A DNA stretch of 64,000 nt, taken from NCBI GenBank assembly GCA_018819225.1, contig JAHJQN010000003.1, forward strand, positions 64,001 to 128,000, given 5' to 3'. The notes below the pieces were generated by a model. It worked only from the letters and a program-made list of their open reading frames with translations. It was not told the origin of the DNA and did no database searches. Position numbers and translations under genes: made by a program. This document shows positions 58,222 to 64,000 of this stretch, one piece after another. This DNA comes from Candidatus Micrarchaeota archaeon (GTDB lineage Archaea; Micrarchaeota; Micrarchaeia; Norongarragalinales; SBBD01). Numbering within the stretch: the stretch's first letter is position 1; each line of letters starts with the position of its first letter.

Positions 58222-60468
58222 CTATTTCCGCATGAGCGGCTTGGCGAGATTACCGTTCACCCACTCCTTCCATTGGCTCAGCAAACGCGGATAATCCACG
58301 CCCCCTGATTCTTCGCGCTGGTTCTCCGCCATCAGCATATACGTGGAATGGGCCTTGATGCTATTTTCCGCTTCCAGAATCTTCGGTAGATTATACTTAC
58401 GTTTCACGTCCACCAGATATTGTTTGGATTCCGCTCGCGCGCGAATCTCGCCCCAGATTTGATCGTACGTCAAGCCCCGATTGCGCTGCAATTTCTTGAT
58501 CCAGTCAGAACCCTCGATATTTTTTTCAAACAACTCCAAATTATCCTTACCGGCATCGAACTGCAACCATTGCAGGAACCCATTCTCTCGCTGCGGGTCC
58601 TCATTCCAATACTTGCCGATCTCCGTGACCTCAATCAAACGACGACTGCGCTTCAATGAACCCTTGAAACGAATCGGGGCCGCCACAATCGCGAAATCCG
58701 TGGCCTTAAAGCTCGTGGTCGGCACACCCAAATCATTGACCACACGATCCCAAATGCTGTACGCGCTCTCCCCGTGAATGGTGCCCATGACCACGTTACC
58801 CACGGCGCCCACCCGCATGGCCTCGTACAAGGCCTTCGCCTCCGTCGAACGCACTTCTCCCACGATCAACACGGAATCTCCCAATCGAAGCGCCGTACGC
58901 AAGGCATCCTCCGCGCTCACCTCGGCCTCGCTCTGCGCGCCCAACGGCGGACGCGTCTTCATTCGCTGGATGTTGAAACCGAAACGCTTCAGCTGGGGAA
59001 CCGGAAGCTCCTGTGTATCCTCTTGAACAATGATACGCAAGTTCTGCGGAATTTCCTGCATCATGGCCTGCAATAAAGAGGTTTTACCAGAGCCACGACT
59101 ACCGACAATCAGCATGGAGGCCTGGGCATCCACGAAAAAGCTCAGAATGCCTGCAGACACCGAGTTGAACATGTTGTTGTCCAGAAACTGGGCGAGCGTC
59201 CAAGGCGTTTGCTTGTGCAACCGAAACGCGAACGCGGTCCCATCCAATGCAAGCGGTTTGCCGATCGCCGCAATGCGCGTCTGCAAATCCGGCAAATCAA
59301 AGTCGAGAATGGGGTGCGCCTCGTCGAACGGCCGTCCGGAAAGCGATCGAAAACGGGACACGATGCTTTTCGCTTCCTCTTCCGAGAAAATGATGTTGGT
59401 CTGGCATTGACCGTATTTTGAATGCACGACGTATATGGGTTTCTGACCCAACGGAGAATCAATGTAGACGTCGGTCAGATTGCGGTCGCTGAGAAGGATT
59501 TCCAGGATGCCGTAACCGATCGTGTACCGGGAAACAATCGTCGCCAACTGGTCGCGTTCTTCGGCCGTCAACACGATCTGGTTATGTTGCGCCAGATCCG
59601 CAATCGTCGCCGTGTAAATTTTGCCGAAATACCGCCGCGCCTGCTGCATGTCCAAAAACGAAACCGTGGTGGGCCGATGCGTCGACACCACTTCCTTCGT
59701 TTTCTCCAACAAGAAGTATTTGTCGGGAGGAAGCGTGTACTCGGGCGGATTGATGTAATACATATACTCCACTTTCTCCGGATGACGGTAAATGAAGATC
59801 GGAGTCCCCGCAATCTCGTACTCGTCGACGAGCTGGAGACTCTCAATGCCCGAGAAAAAGATGCGGGAACCAATGAAGGAAGGCTTAATGGCGGCCTCGA
59901 AAAACGCGTGGTAGATGCTGCGATCCGTAGGGATCTCGGACAGTTGCACCAAATACTTCTTCATTTTTTGAATAATGACGGTTTTCTCCATCTCCCCGCG
60001 CAAAAAGTCCAATGTTTTCAAGAATACCGATATGTCCTCCTGCTCTTCAGGAGCCAATGACGCGTTTCGAGCCGCCTCTTCCTTGATCAGCTGCAGCAAA
60101 TACAAGTAGGCCTTGAAGAAATCGCCGGGAAGCAACCCCAAAAAGTTCATGACCGCATCATGACGCTTGGCCAGAGAACGGCTGTCCGAGGTTTTTCCGA
60201 GGTTGCTCGGCGCCCAAACCGACTCGGACTCGAACTTGGAAACCAAGTCCGCGATGCTGCGCAACATGGCGGATTGCTCTTCGTTGTAAATGCGTTCGTA
60301 GTATTCCGTGAGCACGATCTCGTCCGCATCCACTTCCCGCAGCTTCGATACGACGTCGTGCATGCATGCCGCATACTGCGCCACGTCCGCGCCATACGAT
60401 GCGCCCTTGTAGTTGATGATGAGTTGGCGTTTGCCCCCCTGCGTTTTGACGACGTATTCCCCGACCAT
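58222..60468 (-). CDS. Type II/IV secretion (type IV pilus assembly) ATPase, long form
   Basis: Walker A GSRGSGKT, Asp box QEDTQEL, ALRLG....VGEVR and GTIHG. Confidence 0.92.
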   Translation of the reverse strand: MVGEYVVKTQGGKRQLIINYKGASYGADVAQYAACMHDVVSKLREVDADEIVLTEYYERIYNEEQSAMLRSIADLVSKFESESVWAPSNLGKTSDSRSLAKRHDAVMNFLGLLPGDFFKAYLYLLQLIKEEAARNASLAPEEQEDISVFLKTLDFLRGEMEKTVIIQKMKKYLVQLSEIPTDRSIYHAFFEAAIKPSFIGSRIFFSGIESLQLVDEYEIAGTPIFIYRHPEKVEYMYYINPPEYTLPPDKYFLLEKTKEVVSTHRPTTVSFLDMQQARRYFGKIYTATIADLAQHNQIVLTAEERDQLATIVSRYTIGYGILEILLSDRNLTDVYIDSPLGQKPIYVVHSKYGQCQTNIIFSEEEAKSIVSRFRSLSGRPFDEAHPILDFDLPDLQTRIAAIGKPLALDGTAFAFRLHKQTPWTLAQFLDNNMFNSVSAGILSFFVDAQASMLIVGSRGSGKTSLLQAMMQEIPQNLRIIVQEDTQELPVPQLKRFGFNIQRMKTRPPLGAQSEAEVSAEDALRTALRLGDSVLIVGEVRSTEAKALYEAMRVGAVGNVVMGTIHGESAYSIWDRVVNDLGVPTTSFKATDFAIVAAPIRFKGSLKRSRRLIEVTEIGKYWNEDPQRENGFLQWLQFDAGKDNLELFEKNIEGSDWIKKLQRNRGLTYDQIWGEIRARAESKQYLVDVKRKYNLPKILEAENSIKAHSTYMLMAENQREESGGVDYPRLLSQWKEWVNGNLAKPLMRK

Positions 60469-60500
60469 TCGAAAACCCTGTCGCGGTATTAGACCGCCGG

Positions 60501-60550
60501 TTTATAAAACGTATTCGGATACCTGAATCGCCGCGAACAATCCTTTAAAT
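60501..60550. promoter_or_regulatory. Candidate divergent TATA boxes
   Basis: TTTATAAA at 60501-60508 and TTTAAATA at 60544-60551, each about 30 nt from the divergent starts at 60468 and 60581. Confidence 0.5.
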
Positions 60551-60580
60551 AGCAGGAATTCGTACGAGGTAACGAGAATC

Positions 60581-61744
60581 ATGGAACCTATCCAGCGATC
60601 GCAACCGGCGCCCGCCCGAGCCACGCCTCGAGCAGAAGAAGAAGAGGAGGAGCTCGAGGAACCCGAAGAAGGCGATTACGTCAACGTATTCAAATACCAG
60701 TTCGCGAAATTCTGGCGGAACGCGCGCGACCCCATCAAAAAAAATGCGCCCAAATTCCTGTTGGCCATCGGCATCATCGCTCTAGCGTATTGGTTTTTCT
60801 TCATCAAACCCCAACCCGGCACGTTGAACATTGAAGCCGCGTATATTGACAATAATGAACGACAAGTCATCGGCGCCGCCGTATCCCTATCCTACGCGGA
60901 TGGAACGCCAGCCGTCGATGAAACGATCACGGATGAAAACGGGTTTGTGACGCTGGTGGGCGTGCCGGCCGAAGAACCGCTCGTGCTGCGCATTACGCCC
61001 AGCAGCTCAAAATACGATAGCTACCGCACCACCATTGAATTAAGCTCGCAGCAAACCCGACGCATTGAAGCACTCCTCGGAAAGAAAACAGGACTCGCGT
61101 TCATGCAAGACCATTATGACCTCTCGCTTCCCGCCGGATGCTCGCGCACCTTACCCATCGAAATTGAAAACCGCGGATCAAAAGAAGAAGTCGTGACCCT
61201 CGTGGCCGACGAGGACATGGTCGAATACGTGCGCCCCCTTTCCTCCATCGACTTTATCGCCCCCGGAGAAATCATTACCGTACCGGTGGTGGTACGAGCC
61301 GGAGATGGCGATTACGAAGGCAATATTCGATTCAAAGAAACCGCGCTAGGAACCCGATTAACCGTAAAGGAAAGCCAGGATATTCCAAAGCTCAGCGTGC
61401 GATTCGACAAGAGCAACGCAGCGGATTTCCAAACCGATTCCAGTGCGCTGCCAGCGGTCATGAAATCACAAGTGATCATATCCAATAACGGCCGTACCGG
61501 CACGCCCTACCTCACCGACATCAACATATCCGTATCCGGAGACCTCATTCCGTGGGTGGCACTCGATCTCGAGCTCGTGGACGAGGCGAACCGCAAAGGA
61601 GGCATTGCGCCTGAAAAAGACGTGTTGTTCGGGTATACCGTGATCGTACCCATCGGAACCCCGACCGGACCGTACACGGGTAGACTGCGCGTGCAAAGCG
61701 CGTGCGACGAAGTCCACATCCCCCTCAACATCGTCGTGAACTGA
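60581..61744 (+). CDS. Single-TM membrane-anchored protein with Ig/transthyretin-like extracellular domains
   Basis: Acidic N-terminal tail, one TM, TDENG.V, I.N.G and GT..G.YTG motifs. Confidence 0.75.
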   Translation: MEPIQRSQPAPARATPRAEEEEEELEEPEEGDYVNVFKYQFAKFWRNARDPIKKNAPKFLLAIGIIALAYWFFFIKPQPGTLNIEAAYIDNNERQVIGAAVSLSYADGTPAVDETITDENGFVTLVGVPAEEPLVLRITPSSSKYDSYRTTIELSSQQTRRIEALLGKKTGLAFMQDHYDLSLPAGCSRTLPIEIENRGSKEEVVTLVADEDMVEYVRPLSSIDFIAPGEIITVPVVVRAGDGDYEGNIRFKETALGTRLTVKESQDIPKLSVRFDKSNAADFQTDSSALPAVMKSQVIISNNGRTGTPYLTDINISVSGDLIPWVALDLELVDEANRKGGIAPEKDVLFGYTVIVPIGTPTGPYTGRLRVQSACDEVHIPLNIVVN

Positions 61745-61800
61745 CGCTCAAGCCGTTTTAATAATCTTCATACGCCCCTAATCCTCCAGGGGAATGGGAA

Positions 61801-64000
61801 GTGATTCGAAGTCTATTGCTCAAGAACTGGAAGAGCCACGCCTCCACCGAATTACGATTCAGCCAAGGGACGAACCTTTTTGTCGGGGTCATGGGCAGCG
61901 GAAAAACCTCGGTCATGGACGCCGTAAGCTTCGCCTTATTCGGAACGTTCCCAGCACTCAAGAGCCGGCGCGTCAAACTCGAAGACGTGATCATGCAGCG
62001 CCCAACTTCGCATACGAAAGCAGAAGTCGAACTTATTTTTAGTCACGAAGACCGGGAATACCGCGTGGTGCGCAGCATCGGAAGCCATAACGCCAGCGAA
62101 GCCCACGTGTTCTCCAACGGAAAACTGTTGGAAGCGCAACCCCAACGCGCCACCGAACTCCTGGAAACCGTATTGAAAATGGATTATGATTTGTTCGCGC
62201 GCGTCATCTACGCGGAACAGAATCGGATCGATGCGTTGCTGCAAACCGCTAAAGGCGAGCGCAAGCGTCAAATCGATGAATTGCTGGGCCTCAGCCGCTT
62301 CGAAAGCGTCCGCAGCGCCTCCGGAACGCTCACCAATCGGCTCCGCGGCCTGCAGAACGAGGAGACGCGCTATCTGGAAGGACTCGGAGGCGAACGCATT
62401 CAAGCGGAACTAATGGAAGCGAAGGAAAAGAACGCGAAATGGGAAATGGATTGGAAGAACGGAACCATCGAAGTTCAGAAACTCGGGGAAGAAGAGCATA
62501 CGCGCAGCCAATCCATCGCCGAATTGGAGGAGAAAGAAAAACGGCATCGGGAACTCGAACACGCCCGACAAGCGGCTGAAGCGCTTTGCACGCACCGGAA
62601 TAAAGAGCTCAATGAACTCACGAACGGAATGGATTCCATGACGCTTCAAACCCCACTGACCCGCGTAACGGAACGCATCCGTCGACAAAATGAGACTATC
62701 GCACAATGGAAAACGCAATCGAAACAGCGCGCGGTAATGGAAAGCGAACAACGACTCATCCGACAGGAAGCCAGCGGGTTGCCCGCTCCCCAACCCGTCG
62801 AAGCCATGCACCTGCAAATCAATGACTTGGAAAAACAATTGAAAAACGCGCAAGCGAAAGAACGTCATGAAACGGAACGACACGTCGCCGCGTCCGTAGC
62901 CGTTCATACGATTCAGCAGCGACTGCGGGAATGGAAGGAAAAAAACGAGCGACTGCAGCAAATCACCCAGGCGATAGACGAAGGAAAAAACGCGAAGGAA
63001 CAACGCTTGAAAATAGAACCCCGCGTCAACGAGGCCGTCCAATCAACGGCGGAACTGGAAGCGGAAACCCAAACGTTGCAAAAAGCGCTGGCCGCATTGC
63101 AGGCATCGGATTCCGCATGCCCCACGTGCGCCTCACCGCTTCCCAGCGATCGAAAACGCAGACTCATGGAAGAAAAAAATCAGCGCCTGAAAGATATCCA
63201 AGGGAAAAAACAAGAATCCGTTAAACGAAAACAAGCCCTCGAGAGGGATTGGAACGCGCTCCTAAAAAAAGAAGCGGACGGAACCGCGTTCGAATCCCAA
63301 CTGCACGAAGTGAAACAGGCGCCAGACGAAATGAAAAAAGATGCCGATGCCTTGAAAAAAGCGGAACACGTGCTTCGATCCGGCGAAGACGCATTGAAAG
63401 GCATTCGTCTGCAGTGCACGGAATCCGAAAAGCAAATACAAACGCAACGTCAGGCAACGGAAGCCAACGAGCGCGCTCATGCGCTCATGGATCGATTGAA
63501 CGCCCTCCTCAAAACCGAAGAAACGCTCAATAACAGTGAAGCGGCCTGGAAGACCGAATGGTCCGTGGCCTCACTGGAAGCCCTGGAACAGCAACGGGAA
63601 GTCCTACAAAAGGTGGAGCGCGCCCTGCAATTGCAACGAAAAATCCGGGAACACGAAAAGGAAAAAAGGGATGCTGAAAACGCGTTAAAGGAACTGGCTT
63701 ACGATTCCTCCTCACTCGAATCCATTCGGGAACACCATCAGAAGATGCACGCACGCCTCGCCCGACGCCAAGAATCACTTCGCAACCTGAACGAGCGCCT
63801 TGAAGAAGCGCGCGCGCAAGAAAAGAAGGTGGAGGAAAAACAACGGGAATACGAGGAAAGACTAAAACGCGTCAAACAACGCGAACATCAAACGGAAACC
63901 GTCATCAAATTCCAGCGCAGCGTGATTGAAACCCAGATGCGTTTGCGCGAAGAACTGATTACCGCGCTCAACCAGACGATGGAGGAAATCTGGGGCTCGC
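61801..64000 (+). CDS. rad50: Rad50/SbcC-like SMC ATPase, 3'-truncated by the window edge (absent from the ORF track)
   Basis: My translation from GTG 61801 gives MIRSLLLKNWKSH...GVMGSGKTSVMDAVSFALFG, a Q-loop YAEQ, coiled coil and an in-frame Zn hook CPTC at 63118-63129. Confidence 0.9.
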   Translation, partial: MIRSLLLKNWKSHASTELRFSQGTNLFVGVMGSGKTSVMDAVSFALFGTFPALKSRRVKLEDVIMQRPTSHTKAEVELIFSHEDREYRVVRSIGSHNASEAHVFSNGKLLEAQPQRATELLETVLKMDYDLFARVIYAEQNRIDALLQTAKGERKRQIDELLGLSRFESVRSASGTLTNRLRGLQNEETRYLEGLGGERIQAELMEAKEKNAKWEMDWKNGTIEVQKLGEEEHTRSQSIAELEEKEKRHRELEHARQAAEALCTHRNKELNELTNGMDSMTLQTPLTRVTERIRRQNETIAQWKTQSKQRAVMESEQRLIRQEASGLPAPQPVEAMHLQINDLEKQLKNAQAKERHETERHVAASVAVHTIQQRLREWKEKNERLQQITQAIDEGKNAKEQRLKIEPRVNEAVQSTAELEAETQTLQKALAALQASDSACPTCASPLPSDRKRRLMEEKNQRLKDIQGKKQESVKRKQALERDWNALLKKEADGTAFESQLHEVKQAPDEMKKDADALKKAEHVLRSGEDALKGIRLQCTESEKQIQTQRQATEANERAHALMDRLNALLKTEETLNNSEAAWKTEWSVASLEALEQQREVLQKVERALQLQRKIREHEKEKRDAENALKELAYDSSSLESIREHHQKMHARLARRQESLRNLNERLEEARAQEKKVEEKQREYEERLKRVKQREHQTETVIKFQRSVIETQMRLREELITALNQTMEEIWGS

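Noticed and set aside
61794-63778. Short ORFs listed by the track in the last 2.2 kb
   Set aside because: The region is occupied by the rad50 frame from 61801, which runs off the window end.
1-64000. CRISPR arrays, tRNA/rRNA genes, IS elements, integrases and inteins
   Set aside because: None were recognised by eye. Intergenic gaps are short and protein lengths are normal. A covariance-model scan would be needed to exclude small RNAs.

Overview
This is an archaeal chromosomal window (aIF5B, Spt5, SecE/Sec61-gamma, Alba, AglB, archaeal-type ValRS, TATA-like promoters, GAGGTG Shine-Dalgarno motifs). Gene content suggests a DPANN, Micrarchaeota-like lineage, which is an inference. It holds about 53 genes. 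I recognised no rRNA, tRNA, CRISPR array or transposase. In order: purP, pdxS/pdxT, a TrpY-TRP-box-trpB2-serine-kinase-like module, aIF5B, surface proteins, oapA/B-like genes, ValRS, ftsZ-secE-spt5-rpl11-alba, ArgRS, a ~28 kb N-glycosylation and glycan-modification region (with an embedded thiolase plus DUF35/3-hydroxyacyl-CoA dehydrogenase fusion and a trehalose cluster), a type IV pilus-type ATPase and a partial rad50. The most notable observation is at trpB2. It has no in-frame start codon for its conserved N-terminus. The only SD-led ATG (4999) opens a 9-codon frame, MKPGELLWR*, containing CTT-TGG. A +1 slip at this Trp codon, with the architecture of the prfB CTT-TGA site, enters the TrpB2 frame. 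This is a candidate tryptophan-starvation-sensing programmed frameshift, layered on TrpY repression, in an apparent indole plus O-phosphoserine Trp-salvage operon. A single-base sequence error or mutation has not been excluded.
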